DNA from: the human T2T-CHM13v2.0 reference genome, Homo sapiens
Reading direction: 5' to 3' (one strand)
Assembly (NCBI RefSeq): GCF_009914755.1
Contig: NC_060936.1
Length of the DNA stretch: 64,000 nucleotides
Shown: positions 27,421 through 41,664 of the stretch, in pieces
How the letters are laid out: each line of letters starts with the position of its first letter
Position numbering within the stretch: position 1 is the first letter of the stretch
The notes under the pieces: model-generated
Seen by the model: only the letters and a program-made list of their open reading frames with translations
Told to the model about the DNA's origin: nothing
Databases searched by the model: none
Translations under genes and position numbers: made by a program

Positions 27421-27452
27421 TTTTTGTTTGTTTGTTTGTTTGTTTGTTTGTT
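27421..27452. repeat. (TTTG)n microsatellite
   Basis: Directly visible. Confidence 0.9.
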
Positions 27453-28445
27453 TTTCTGGAGAGAGGTCAGCAAAATGCTCTGTGGATAAACCAAGAACTT
27501 AGTATGCAAAGGGCTTTTGGTAGCCTGTGCACACAACCCGAGCACACATGGTATGAGTGAGTGTCCACACACAAGCATGCCCTTGCTTTCCTAGGTCACC
27601 TGTGGAGAAAGAAACATCATCTCTCAACAGAGGATTGTTCCTCCGTTTGATGATACGTGCATCCTGCCATCTGGAATTCAATTGACTGTTCTGTCTTGGA
27701 GCCAAGAATCTAGAAAGTGAGTGGGAACATCAGATGTGAGTCAATATTTCACAATGTCACCAAAGAGAACATATCAACACTCAGTTGACAGGCAGCAGCC
27801 CCGTGCAGATGATGACAAAGGCTGGATACATGTCAGGGTGTGAGTGTGGAAGAGGGCAGGGGCTGGGGACTTTTATAAGAATGTTTCCGTGCCTAGCTCA
27901 GTGCTGGCCACATGTTTAGTTAAGCAGGACATTTCCTTACTGGGAGTCTGGTTGGAATTGATTTTCTATTAACTATTTATTTTGATCTTCTATTTTCTCC
28001 ATTTTAATAGGTTGTTAGCAAAATCAGCTTAATGCTGGTCATATACATTGATTAACTGTTTCATTGATCATACAAACACAACCATTAAATGCTTGTGTGT
28101 TACAGAGAAAATTATTGTAACTATATTCATACTAGACAGATAGACAAACAATATGCTGGGAAGGAAGTTTTTTTTTCTTCTTTTTAATAAGAAGTAAATT
28201 TGATACTCAAGAGGTAGGGTGGTGGACTTAGAATGACCATCCCTACTTTGCTCATCCTTCAAGGTCTGACTGAAATATGACCTCTCTCCAAAGCCTTGCA
28301 CAGTCTTCCCAGGCCCCGTCATGGTTCCTTCTGCGGCTTGTGTGTGTTCTCATAGCACTGCATATAGCTGCGTATTTACCCGAGGCAGGAAAGTGACCCT
28401 TATTTATCTTTTGCATGTAGTAGAAGCCCAGTACATTCTGACTAG

Positions 28446-28582
28446 TTTTTTTTTGTTTGTTTGTTGTTGTTGTTTGAGACAGGGTCTAGCTCATTGCAAC
28501 CTGGAACTCCTGGCTCAAGAAATCCACCTACCTCAGTCTCCCTAAGGGCTGGGATTATAGGTGTGAGCCACCATGTTTGGCC
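28446..28582 (-). mobile_element. FLAM/Alu monomer fragment
   Basis: gagacagggtct...gctgggattataggtgtgagccacc. Confidence 0.8.
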
Positions 28583-28818
28583 CTTGATTCGGTTTTAATT
28601 TCAATTTTCAAAAAGTAAAAGGAAGGTTTATTGTTTTTGCTAATTTTACAAGTAACCAGGCTCACTGGATTAGGATCAGACAATAAAGTAGAACGTGCAG
28701 TCACCTTCAGCCTATCACTTAGAGACAACCATTATGAATATTTTGGGATATTTATCTCCAGATCTCTCTCTCTCATATGTGTATATATATTTATTTATAT
28801 TCATAAACTTAGAGGTAG

Positions 28819-29140
<322 letters not shown>

Positions 29141-29299
29141 GAGGTAGAGATTTTTCTAAATAAAAATGGAATCACATTATAACTCCTTCTTCGTCAGAAG
29201 CTCTTTTAACTCAATATGCCACAAGCATCTTTTCCTTCCTTTCTTCCTCCCTCCCTACTTCCCTCCCTCCCTCTCTGCCTCCTTTCTCTCCTCTTCTTC

Positions 29300-29617
<318 letters not shown>

Positions 29618-29619
29618 TA

Positions 29620-30090
29620 GGCATCGTTCTGTATCAATAAATATGGAGCTAGACCCACTTGTTTAACCAATCAACCTATGTTGAATTTTTAGGTTATTTC
29701 CAATTTGTCATATTACTACAAATAATACTATGCTAAATATCCTTGTATATACATCTTTGTAGCCTATTTCCATTCTACTTACCCAATCACTCTTTAAAAA
29801 AATCTTTTAGGCTATTGTCAATATTTTCCTATTACTATAAATAATACTTGGATAAACATCTTATACATACACCTTTGTCACCTTTTCAATTTTTTTTTAA
29901 GGATAACTTCCTAGAAGTAACCTCATTGGTTACTCATTGGTCAAAGAGCATGTACTTGTAAAACTTTGGGATACATGTTGCCAAATTACCCTGCAAAAGG
30001 TTGTGCCAACTTGCACAGTTATTACCTGTATGTAAGAATTCCTCTTTCACCGTACTCTTGGCCACAATGGGGTTTGTGAACATTTTAAAA
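29620..30090 (-). mobile_element. L1ME-type fragment with internal ~74-bp tandem duplication
   Basis: ttttaggttatttccaatt...ctttgt (about 29687-29760) recurs degenerately at about 29806-29878. Confidence 0.6.
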
Positions 30091-30509
30091 CTTTATTAAA
30101 TATATTTTGTGAACTAGGTGTTAAGCTTAACCACAAACAGCACAGTTTCTCTAGGGAAGTGTGTCCCATCTAAACAGCCAACTTAGAAACAGCCCTCTTC
30201 CATCAGCTTGTGGTTGCCTGTGAAAAATACCCTGAAATCTTTCTTTAACACCACTCATTAAAAAATGTACCAAGGTGTAAGGTGGGTCCCTCCAAGCTGG
30301 TTAATTACTGTGTACCAGAAGATATGAAAAAACAAAACAAAACAGAAAACCAACAACAGTCTCTTCTTTAAGGGAGTCTTGGGCCATGCAGTCTGATGAC
30401 AACATTATCAGGTTGTTCTAGGGGATATTTATTATTAATTAATGGAGTAGACAGGTCAGTGGTATTTAGAACTATACCCAAGACCCCTTGAAAAGATTCA
30501 GGGCAAGAG

Positions 30510-30910
30510 ATAAATTGATGAGGTCCCTCCAAATATGACTTTTCATCCAGCAAGTTATGTTTAGACACCCAGCACTAGAAATATGTAGACAAATTGGAGA
30601 GAGTTCAGAGAAAGGCAATAAAAAGATGAAGGGAACGGAGGGACTGATTTATGAGGAAAGATTAAAGAAACCAAAAACACAGAGCCAGGACCCAGAAATG
30701 ACTTCAGGGAGCATGTTAACAAACAGCAAATACCTTTCCATGTAAACCACCAAAGTGGGGACTTGTTTAGCTTGGTACCAAGAATGTAAGTAGTGGCAGT
30801 GAGGTGAAAAGAAAGAGAAGAATCCAACTTACTAATGTATTCAGGAGTGTCTCCAGAGAGAGGTTAGAAGTTCCCTGGCTGGAAACGTTTAGCACCAGAC
30901 AGCACTCAGC
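30510..30910 (+). mobile_element. CR1/L3 ORF2 C-terminal remnant
   Basis: gacaaattggagagagttcagagaaaggc...atttatgaggaaagattaaagaa encodes the DKLERVQR...YEERLK CR1 motif. Confidence 0.75.
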
Positions 30911-31804
30911 CCCCACAAGGAGAGGATTCTAGACCGGAAAACAAGAAAATAGACTTGCAGGTTAGATCATACCAAGCCTTGGAACCCTTCCATGTTGTTA
31001 CCTCATGGTGACTGTATAAATATACTATCTGGGGTCCCGAAGGTAAACTAATTCAGCTCATCTCTTTTTCATTTCCTGTCTTTAATGCCTCTTTAAGTTA
31101 GCAAGTTCAATCAGGTTTGAACATATGCTTTTTCAATCAAGTCTCTCTGCACGGTGTCTTTGTGACAGAGGTGGGCGCCGAAGCTGGGGTTCAGGTGACC
31201 GCTGGAGATATCTCTGGGCTCCTTTAGTGCCTGTCTGAAATCACCAAGGAAGAGAGGAAAGAGCCAAGCAGCCGGGAATACAGCCCACCCACCCCAAGCC
31301 AGAGAGAATGTCCTGCATCAGTTAGGCCTCATAATTTCTGCCCTAAATCTCATCCCCATAACAGAAATGTAAGAGCTTTGTCTCTTCAAAAATCCACCAG
31401 GTTCCAGAGGAGATGGAGAAGGATGTGGGGGCCTATTTGGGGAATATGATCTTCATTTTGGTTTCCTTGTCCTTCTGTCAATAACTTGCTTGGATTTGCT
31501 CCAGCCAGTATTCGGTGATCCATAAAAAGGGGAATGGAATAATAAGAAAAATGGAAACAAACAGCAATACGCACACACCACACTCCTCTATTTAAAGCAT
31601 TTTACTCCTTCACAACGAGCCAAGTGTTTCCTAACTGGCTGTCGTGGGCCTGACGCTGAGTTGGCGCTGTGGGGAGTGCCCATGCAGGCTTTTTGTGTGA
31701 TGCCCAGAATCAGTGCTGGTGCAACCAGAGGTGGTAAAAAGAAAGTGAGGAGAACCAAGGCTGACTAAGTGTGCTGACATTCCTCATTAGGGTTGCACGT
31801 GGGA

Positions 31805-32045
31805 GAGAGAGAGAACTAGTGTTCAGGTTAGCAGCTTGAGCTTTGACCATAGACAAGGGTTTCTCTACCAACTGTGCGACCCTGGTCAAATTATTTAACC
31901 TCTCTAGGTCTTGATTTGTTCATCAGTAAAAGCAGAGATAAGAGTACCTAGCTCATAGGATTGCTGGGAGGGTTAAATAAATAAAACATATAATGTGCTT
32001 AACCAGTCTTGCACAAACTAAGCACTCAATAAATGTTAGCTATGA
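31805..32045 (+). mobile_element. MIR
   Basis: ctgtgcgaccctgg...ttaacctctct...agcactcaataaatgttagct. Confidence 0.8.
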
Positions 32046-32959
32046 GAGTCCCTCCTCTTCCTGCATGCACACACAGAAACTCCTATCTCGAAGTCCAGGG
32101 GGCCTCCGGCACCCATCTGTGAGTAAGGGAAGGTGATCTTCCCCTCTGTTGCTTAATTTGCTGGCCATGGGTTCCCAGGGAATCCATCATTTCAGTGAAA
32201 AGTTTTAATTTTGACTTTTTAATTTCAATATTTTATTACTGAATACATTTAATGTCTTGATATTTTAAAAAACCAAATCCAACCTGATTTTGGATCACAT
32301 CTATGACTACCTTATAACCAAACACTTAACCAGTGCCATTGAATTTTAGTGCCCACGTTTGCTTCTAGGTTCATAACTGTGTTGACACCAGAAAGCCACA
32401 GCTTTAAACTTTCCTTTACACTGAGCTGTGGGCCCCTATTTTTCTGTGTTCCTTAAGTTTGAGGAAAACTGAGCAATGACAAACACCATGGAAAGTAGGA
32501 GTGGGGAAGGTGAGAGGCCATGTCTAGGGATGTTCCGGGAGTATCTCCAAAATGGAGAAAGTTCCAGAAATAGGAGGCAGCATCAGGTAGTGATGAGCTG
32601 TGAGCCAGGCTGATTTGGGTTCAAAGGTCAGCTCAGCCACCTGAGCTGTGACTTTGGAGCTTAGAGGCCATCACAGCTAGGTGAGAATTAGAGAATCATT
32701 TATGTCAAATCCCTTGCTTCATCCACCTGCAGATATGGATTCATCCCGCTGAACACCAACATCCCCTCACTGGTATAGCACAACATATGAACAGAAGGGG
32801 TGGATTTTCAATGGTGGAAGACTAGGCAGCAGAGACCTAGTGTTATATGGCTATGGCTGTGATGATGTCACCCCCAATCTGCCACCACAAAGCAAAGATA
32901 CCGTGAAGAGGACAACTTCTGTAAAATGCACAGAAGGTCCACAGGGGCCAGTCACTCAC

Positions 32960-33021
32960 CTGGTAAGAGGAGTGGCAAGAAGAGGTTTTCCAGGGAAAAG
33001 GACACAATGCTCCTCCTGAGA
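32960..33021 (-). ncRNA. Candidate 62-nt internal exon of an antisense lncRNA
   Basis: Minus-strand acceptor tttccctccttcttatgacag| and consensus donor CAG|GTGAGT; non-repeat context. Confidence 0.4.
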
Positions 33022-36000
33022 CTGTCATAAGAAGGAGGGAAATTGATTGCATAAAATATAGAATGTTGGGACTTGGAGGAAAAGTTTTGTAGATTTGGGG
33101 CACCCAGTTGTAATATTCTGGCTGTGCCTGGCCATCCTGATGTTCAATAATGTGAGTCTTCAGTCCAAGAGCTTAGATATAGCTCCTCCAACTCCTGGGG
33201 GCAGAAAGCACACCAGTATGTTTGGCTTGGCTTCTGGAATTGGTCTTCTTTGGGGTCCTCACAGCTGCCACTCCACTTTTAGAACAGAGAAGAGCCAACT
33301 CCTGGTTGACCAGAACATGGCCAGGAAGGCAGCAGCAGGTTTTGGAGGGAGACCAGTGGGTTCACCTAATTGAGTCTCAGTTTTCACATTGGACAGATAG
33401 GGGTAATTGTGAGGACAAAAGAAAATCACCTAGTCCAGGACCTGGCACCCAATCAATTGTAGCACAATTTCATAATTTACAACCGGCAGTGGATAGAACA
33501 GAGTGGGCAGGCCCAGCTTTCAGCCCAGAGAGTATAGAGAGAAGAAAACTTTAGTTTCTCTGTCATTGAGGCCTTTTAGCCTTAGCTGGCTGCCCTCAGG
33601 ATCTCTGGGAAACAGAGATAATTGCACATGTATGTGACAGAGAATTTTGCTTGCAGGCATGGAAGTGTCAGGGAGAAAGGGCCACACAGTTTCCAGGGAC
33701 CAGCAATGCCAATTACTTTTTTCCAGCTTATTTCTGGGGTTTTGGACATGAACATATCTTTGGTTGACCAAAGCATCCCTGTTCATTTTCAGTCAGTAGC
33801 TGATTAAAGTGAACTTAAACTCTGTAGAAAGTAGATTTTAAGTATGTATGCATGTGTGCAGGGAGCAACATCTGTGTATAGTGAAAAGTAAGAATAATCA
33901 GGACATTGAGTTTCTGTTTTCTCCTGACTCTATGATGCAGGCCTGCCTGGCCTCTTCACTGTTTTGGGCCACAATTTCTTCATTGACAAAATCTTCAGGA
34001 GTCTAGATCAAATGATTTCTAAGAAAGGACCCTTCCTGCATTTCCAGTTGATCTATGAATGCATTCCTGAGGTGCTGGGTGGTTTCTGATTTTCTTAGGA
34101 GTTTCGGAGCCAACCGCCATATTCTTAGATAGGCTCAGGGGAATTCTATTCTGAGAACCCTCACTTAGGGAGAACAAGTCTTTAATTTGAGGATCAGCTC
34201 AGCTTTAAATTCTCCTTTTCTCCTTCACTCTCTATCTTTGGGCTTACTCTGCATTGTTAATTCTATGATAGAATGAAAAGAGAACTGTGAACAGTTGTGA
34301 GGAAAATTTTTGTTGACCTAGGCTAAATTTCAGTTACGATGCAGGACAGATTTGATGGAATTTAAGCCCACTTAGTTATGTTCAGAGAGGAAACTACAGT
34401 GACTTGGAGAAGCAAGTAGAAGATATGGAACACGTGACTGAAGAATCCATCTTTACAGAACTGCTTCCTCAAAGCAGGCTCATGGGCTTTGGGGTAATGT
34501 GTACCTTGAAAAAATAGAAACATTTTCACAGTCAAGTCCACTAGCACTGCAGACATCTAGGTATTGCTGCTACTATTGCCAGGAGGACCAACTTGGAGGG
34601 CTATCTCCTCCACCTCTTCCTCAACCCCACGAAATTAAATTCAGGATAGGGGAAAAGTGAGCCCAGGAGAGATATTGGAGTTTGCTCCTTGTAATAATGC
34701 CACCTTAGGTCCAATAAGCCTGAACAGAATTTCATGTGTTCACAGCTGGCTCTGAATTCTGTGTCAGAAAGGCAGGAGCTTTGTCTGTAACCTGAGTTCT
34801 TCTAACAATTGTTTTTGTAAAATTAGAGGGATTTGAAAAGCATGAGGTTAATGTGCTTAGTGATCTTATTAGCTCCTTTATGGAAGCAGACAAGCACATT
34901 TCCAGGATTGACTCAGAGTAGAGAGATAGGGAAACGGAGGGAGTGGGAACACTCTGGACTTTCTGATCAATTTTTCTATAAACCTAAAAATCCTTCTATA
35001 AAAATAAATTCTATTAGTTTTTTTTTTGTAAAAAAAGGAAAAACTACCATTGATGCTGAGTAGTTCACTTTTAAAACTACAAATTTGCCATGACAGGAAT
35101 AAAAAACAAACAAAAAAAACCTACTGATAATTTATCTCTATATGACCCCTTTTTCATTACTACTGGGCCACAAATCATCTTATAACTAAAAAAAAAAATG
35201 CTGTATGTCAAAGAAAAGCATATCGAGATGGATCATTGTTGGCCTGGCTTGTGGTGGGGCCATTGAGGGCAGAGATGCACTTGGAGCTTGACGCATAGTA
35301 GATACTCAATAAATATAAAGTGAATGAATGGACAGATTGGCAAATAGAAGAGGTAAGCAGTCTCTGTTGGGATGCATGGGACTTTAATATTATGCCTTGG
35401 GGCAATGCTCAGGTGCAGAAGGGCTCTGGGGACCAGTCTTGACCCTGGCCTGTAGCTCAGAAGCCGCCATCACCTATTCCATCTCTGAACTCCTTACAAC
35501 ACAATATCACCAGTTTGCCTCTCATTATTTCTGAAGACAAATCATTAGGCCTTTTTTAACCTAAAGGTCTTGCTGTCAATTGTAGGGGAATAGAAGCAAA
35601 TGAGAATTTCTTTCCTTAAGTTGCCAGAATACTAAAAACATTCTTAGTGCCCTGGGCCCTGGCACTTGCCCTACACCTGCAGTGGCAACTGGATGACCCC
35701 TTGGTCTCCAGCGATTGGCTTTTATGTACTGTCACATCACTCCACTCTTCTTATCTAACATGACTTGTATTCTTCGTTATTGTCTACCTTGTTTTCTCAG
35801 GATGCAAATTCCTTGAGAGACGGCTGCTGCCTGTGTTATTCACCACTCTATCTACTGGGCTTAGGAGAGGGCTTTGGCTATAGTAGGTGTTCTGGTTGGA
35901 GGATGAATGAATGGAAACCCAAGAGTCAAAGCCAATTTGGATAAGAAATTTGAACCTGAGTTGGGGATGTTAGCACAGCTCAGGCACATTCATCAGGCAG

Positions 36001-37469
36001 TTGGGAATATGAATATCCAACTTATTCATTCATTCAAAAATTATTACCTAAGCATCTACTATGTGCCAGCTACCATGTAGATGCTTTAAATACAGACTTG
36101 GCTTTCAGCCTTAGATGTCCCAGGGATAGAACCTCCAGATCAAGTTCTCAACTTATTTCTGCTGCCAATTTGCTGTGTGGGTTGGACCAAATCACGTAAC
36201 TTCTCTATGTACAAAGTAGGTCCGCCGATATTCCATCACCTCCCAGGGCAGTTGTAAGGATTAATTGGCATTTATAGAGTGCTTTGAGCTCCAGAGATAA
36301 AAGGTCTCCTGCTTCTGCCAAATCGCATGATTACAGTAGTGTGGTGGGATACACGATTTAGAGCTTATGAAGGACTTTGAAGATGAAAAGAGACAAAATC
36401 TTATTATGATTTCTTTCAGCTCCTAGGCAGGACTGACCTTGAGGTTTATGTGCCCCCAAGTCTTTCTGGCACCACTGGAATTCTGGCTCTTTTTCTTGTC
36501 CTTCTCAAGAAGTTACACCGGCCCTCAAATTTTTTTATTTTGCATAGTTTCTAAAAGAAAAATCAAAGGCAGCTTCCTGCATTATAGAAACACAACCTCA
36601 ATGATCCCAGAGCTAAGGGAGGAGGAATAAGGCACAGACTAGTTTTTTTCTCTGGCACTCTCATTCCTGGATTTATGTCACTAATTGTTGGAACCAGCAA
36701 ATTCTATTGAAAGACAAGATTGACTCCCTCAATAAAATAAAGCCAAGTAATAACAAACCCAAAATGTGGCTTGAGGCATTAATTTGTTTGATGTTAGATT
36801 TAGAAAATGTGTTCAGAAACAGTTTCTGATGACATATTAAAATGGCCTCATCTGAGAGACAAAATATTGATCTATATCCTGTGCCTTTCTGGAGTTTCCT
36901 TCCCTGTTGAAGACCTGCAAGACTCCATCTCTGGAGAAGGAAAGAGACCTGGTACTGCAGGGCCTGCCGCAACCTCCTTCTGAGTTCTCAGGACTCTGGG
37001 AAAGGCCACTACTGAAATGTACCTAAAGCAGGGCCATACCTTAAAGCAGGGGCATGGGGTCTGGGACTGGGGTAATAAAACCTGTATGGGACCCACACTA
37101 GAAAGTCTCACTTGGAATGAGTCCACTCTATTCTCATTATTCAAAGCCCACTTGGGACAGAAAATTTGAGAGAGAAGTTAGTGGTATTCAGAAAAGAGAA
37201 TATGGTGCAGTACCCTAAGGCTTTCCCAACCCTTGCCCCTTAAATGTAGGGTCCAGAGCCTCTGCCTAACTTGTCCTACCTAAGGGATAGGCCTGCACAG
37301 GAACATGCAGGGTTTATGTGGTGGGTGCCGTGTGATTTCCACTTGGCTGGAGGTTTTGCTGCAGACACTCACATGGTGATCCTGAAGCAGAAGATCTGGA
37401 TCTTGGAGGCAATGTACTCAGATGGGATCTGATCTTGGTTATATTAACAACTCTATTAAAAATAAATCC

Positions 37470-37807
<338 letters not shown>

Positions 37808-40379
37808 TTAATGCCAGAAGGGTAGTAAAACTTATCTATATGAGCTCTTTCAAAACCTGACTGGTGGATAGAAATAGTTTATTTACTTTATTGACTGGTC
37901 TTGAACCTTTCCATATCTTTTTCCACTTAATTTGCTCAAGTCCAAGAGTTTCTTTTCATTGTATTGTTTTAGCACATACACTAGTTAGTATCAGCTGGGA
38001 GTTGGGGCATTATTTCATTGATACATTGCCCCGCTTTCTAGCATATTTACAGGTGAATAAGGGTTTGGCTTTTGGAAAACACAAAGAGTATGCAATTTAA
38101 GTCAACAATGACAGCAACAAAACAGTCTCCCTGAGACCCATTTCTGGGAATTTCTATCGTTGTGTAAAACTCGCTATGGTGCAAAGCTTTAAGTAAAAGC
38201 TGTTATTCTGCTCCTTGTCATAATGCATGAGCATTTCTGGCCAGAACAATTTGCTCTGAAGGACATGTATTGCATGCCAAGTAGAGAAATCACTCTTATC
38301 CCAGTGAGAGTGGATCTGAGAAGAAAGTTTTCATCTATCATTTCAAAGTCGTTTAGTAATTCACAAAGGCCATTCTGTAACATAATTGAGTTTCCATTTC
38401 TAAACAATGATATAATAACATAGTAGTTTGATCCAAAATTCTGTCCCAGAATGTCCCATTTCTTGGCAGTTATTTTAAATGGTGCAACTGAGCTTTATTG
38501 GATTTGGGGAATATTTCCCTTTCTCTATCCAGTGCTTTCTGAAGTTGTAATATTGCTTGATGAAAGGTGCCTTGTGAAAACACTGCCTTGTTTTATGAAA
38601 ATATTATTCAACTTTTATGGTATAACTTTTCGCAGTATTTGCGTTAATATATTGATCTGGATATATCTAGAATTGTGTGATTTTAAAGCACAGTTTCTCT
38701 CTATATTTGTTATTATTTTTAACATCTCTAAAGATTGTTCCCAGTAGTCTTCTATATATCTTGTTTTTGTTATGTCTGATTCTAATTTTATCCAGGGACG
38801 GCTGTGGTTTGATGAGTTTAAATCACAGGAAGGACATGTGCCAAATTAAAGGCTTCTTGGTAATTTTTTGGGAGGATGCTGGGTATTTTTAACCCTCCCC
38901 TCTTACCAAGGAGAAATAGGTTTTTATAAGAATGTGTGTTTAAACATGTTTTTAAATGCATGACTTCTGAGGAAGTCTGAGAATGCTGCAAAGCAGGAAA
39001 GGGCTGGGGGATCACTGGCAAGAGAAACATAAAAATGAAATATTAATATGACCAGGCACTAGCTTCAAGGCATTTGTTCTCCAGAAAATAAATGATGCCA
39101 CATTTCATTTTTTAAAGCTCGCTGTCTAACATAGTTGATATCTCTGTCTTCGTAGTTTAATTACAGGCCTAAGCAGTCACTGGAGAGGGAGGGCATCTGG
39201 TCTTAGAATTGATTTTATTTATCGGTTGTGGTTGGGCTGGAGACCTCTGGGAAGCAGGCAGCTTCCAAGAATAGCAGATTTTAGGTGTTACTTACTTGCT
39301 TGACTCAAAGAACCGTTATTTCACTAGCATTCAGTAGCTGCCTGACTGTCCACAGGTGTAGCAGACTAAATGTCGTTATCCCTATGGGGAGTCTATCAAA
39401 AATTATCTGATTACACATAGAAAAAAATCCCCCAAATTAGAGTTGGGATGGGAAGTATGATTTGGTTAGCCAGCTGGGCTCCACAGCATATTAGAGCTGG
39501 AATCTTAATTTTAAGCAGAATAAGATATAAGGGGTCCAATATCTATTGAAATTATAAGCAACCTTTTGTGTGGCTGTGTACTTCTCTGGGGAAGCATGAA
39601 TAGGCTTTATGAGATTCCCCCAAACAGCCACAACCTTGAAAAGTTGAGATCTCTTTCCAGGCAGATGAGTCAGTCTTCCCTCACTCTCCCATATAGGGTC
39701 TCTGCCAGGGAGGAATGCCAGCCCCAATGCGTACTGTGTTGATTTACTGAGAGCTTGAGTTGGAGAGCAGGAGCCACAATCTGATCCAAAGGCCAAGGCC
39801 AATGGTGTAAGTGGGTGAAGCGAGCCTGGGTGCAGGAGGGTGGCCAGAGACATGGATCCCCTTTCCAAAGGGAGCTGTCTTACCTTTTCCAGGGTGAGTT
39901 TTTGCCAAGCAGCAGTGCAGCCTACTTGCTGGATGTGTACATATCTCCCAGCATTTAAATGTCAGCAACTAATTCAAAATTTTGAAGAATACAGAACATA
40001 CCCCACAAAAATGCTTATAGGCAGATTTGGCCAAGATCCTTTGGTTTGTCACTTTTCTGCCAGAGCAGCGGGTCCCATTGCAGGCAAAGTCAATTTCATA
40101 ATGTATTTTTGGCCCCATTTTCATAGTGTATATTTGGTAACAGCTTCTTTTCTACTCCAAAATGAAATCTATACATAATGTAACTCACACATATAATCTT
40201 TTAAAAGTAAATATTTTGCCTTAACTGTAATACAAAGGAGAAGGAACAGGAAAGAAACTTGTAATAAATGTTTGTATTTTAACATGTAAATGCTCTAGTA
40301 TGACTATATTAGAAGTTACAAAAGCCTGTATAAATCTCCAAAATGCTCCTTATGGGGCAGGATTGTCACCACTGAAAAC

Positions 40380-41010
40380 CATGATGCTAGAGGCGACTTC
40401 CTCATCTAAATCCCATCTTGCTTCCTTAAAACTTTTCATTCATTAGTCTTGGCTCTGCCCTCTAGTGCCACATAGATCACATTTCATTTTGCCCTTATGG
40501 GGCAACTTTTCAAAAATAGGAAAAGAGTTTCTATCTCTCCCCTTAAGCCACTCACCCTTCTCATGCCCAGATCTTGTCTTCTCTGGCCAAGCCTTCCCAG
40601 TTCCTTCGACTATTCCTGACATAGTTCACCTTCTAACATCCTCTGTCGTTCTGTTTTTCCTAAGTCTGGGTCCCTACCTCAGTCCTGAGTCCATCCTGCA
40701 TGGTGGGATGTGTTTGAGCTGTCCTACACTTTCTTTCCTTACCCCCAACCAGGGGGCATTTATGGTCACCCGTGGGGGGATGCCTTAGATTGTGTGTTCC
40801 ATGTGGCAGCCTTGGCCATTCTCCATGTCCCGGTGACTTAGGAGATGAAGCCCTTGTTCTGAGTGCTGGGCTGTGCCCTGAACATTCCATTATATTGAAG
40901 CAGCTCCAGTTGCCAGGTCTGACTGCATTTGCCCCATCGAATAAGCTCTAAGCTAATATTCTGACTTATGCAGTTAGCTGCAGCCACATCTCCTCATTTG
41001 CTGGCTCATT
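40380..41010 (-). mobile_element. CR1/L3 remnant
   Basis: Degenerate antisense CR1 motifs (gtcttggctctgccctct, ttgccaggtctgac, gcagccacatc...tgctggctcatt). Confidence 0.45.
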
Positions 41011-41267
41011 CAGCAGTTTCCTTTATTGCTTCCATCACCTTCTGAGTGCTGTTGTCCGTTCAACAGGTTAGCAGTTTTCCTAGTGTCCTGCTTTGCAGAG
41101 GAGGCCATTAGAGGAAGCCTGGGAAACTGATGAAATCAGTATTTTTTGCTCTTTTGTCCTAATGGGCTGTTTCCATCGTGCTCCACATCAACTACAGTGT
41201 GAAACTTGGCTGCCACTTTGAATCTACAACATGTTAAAACAACTTACTTAAGAATTCATGGGTTTAG

Positions 41268-41664
41268 CACAAAAATAGAGAGTAGAATGGTGGTTACTGG
41301 GGGCAGGGTGGGGTGGGGTGGGAGAAATGGGGACATGTGGGTCAAAGGATACAAACGTGCAGTTCTAAGATGAATAAGTTCCAGGATCTAATGTACAGCA
41401 CAGTGACTATAGTTAATAATAATGTATCGTATACTTGAATTTACCAAGGAGAGTTGGCCTTAAGTAATCTCCCCACAACAGAAATGTATGTGAGGTGATG
41501 GATATGTTAATTAGTTTGATGGTGGTCATCATTACATAATGTGCACATATATCAAAACATCATATTGTATGACTTGAAGGTTAATTGTAACAAGTTTTAT
41601 TGTTAATTATACCTCAATAAATCTAAAAAAAAGCCCACAAAAATAAACAAAAAAATTCATGTGT
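41268..41664 (+). mobile_element. L1MA/MB 3' end, 5'-truncated
   Basis: gagagtagaatggtggttact...tgtgaggtgatggatatgttaattag...tacctcaataaa; TSD AATTCATG(G/A)GTTTAG at 41253 and 41665. Confidence 0.9.
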
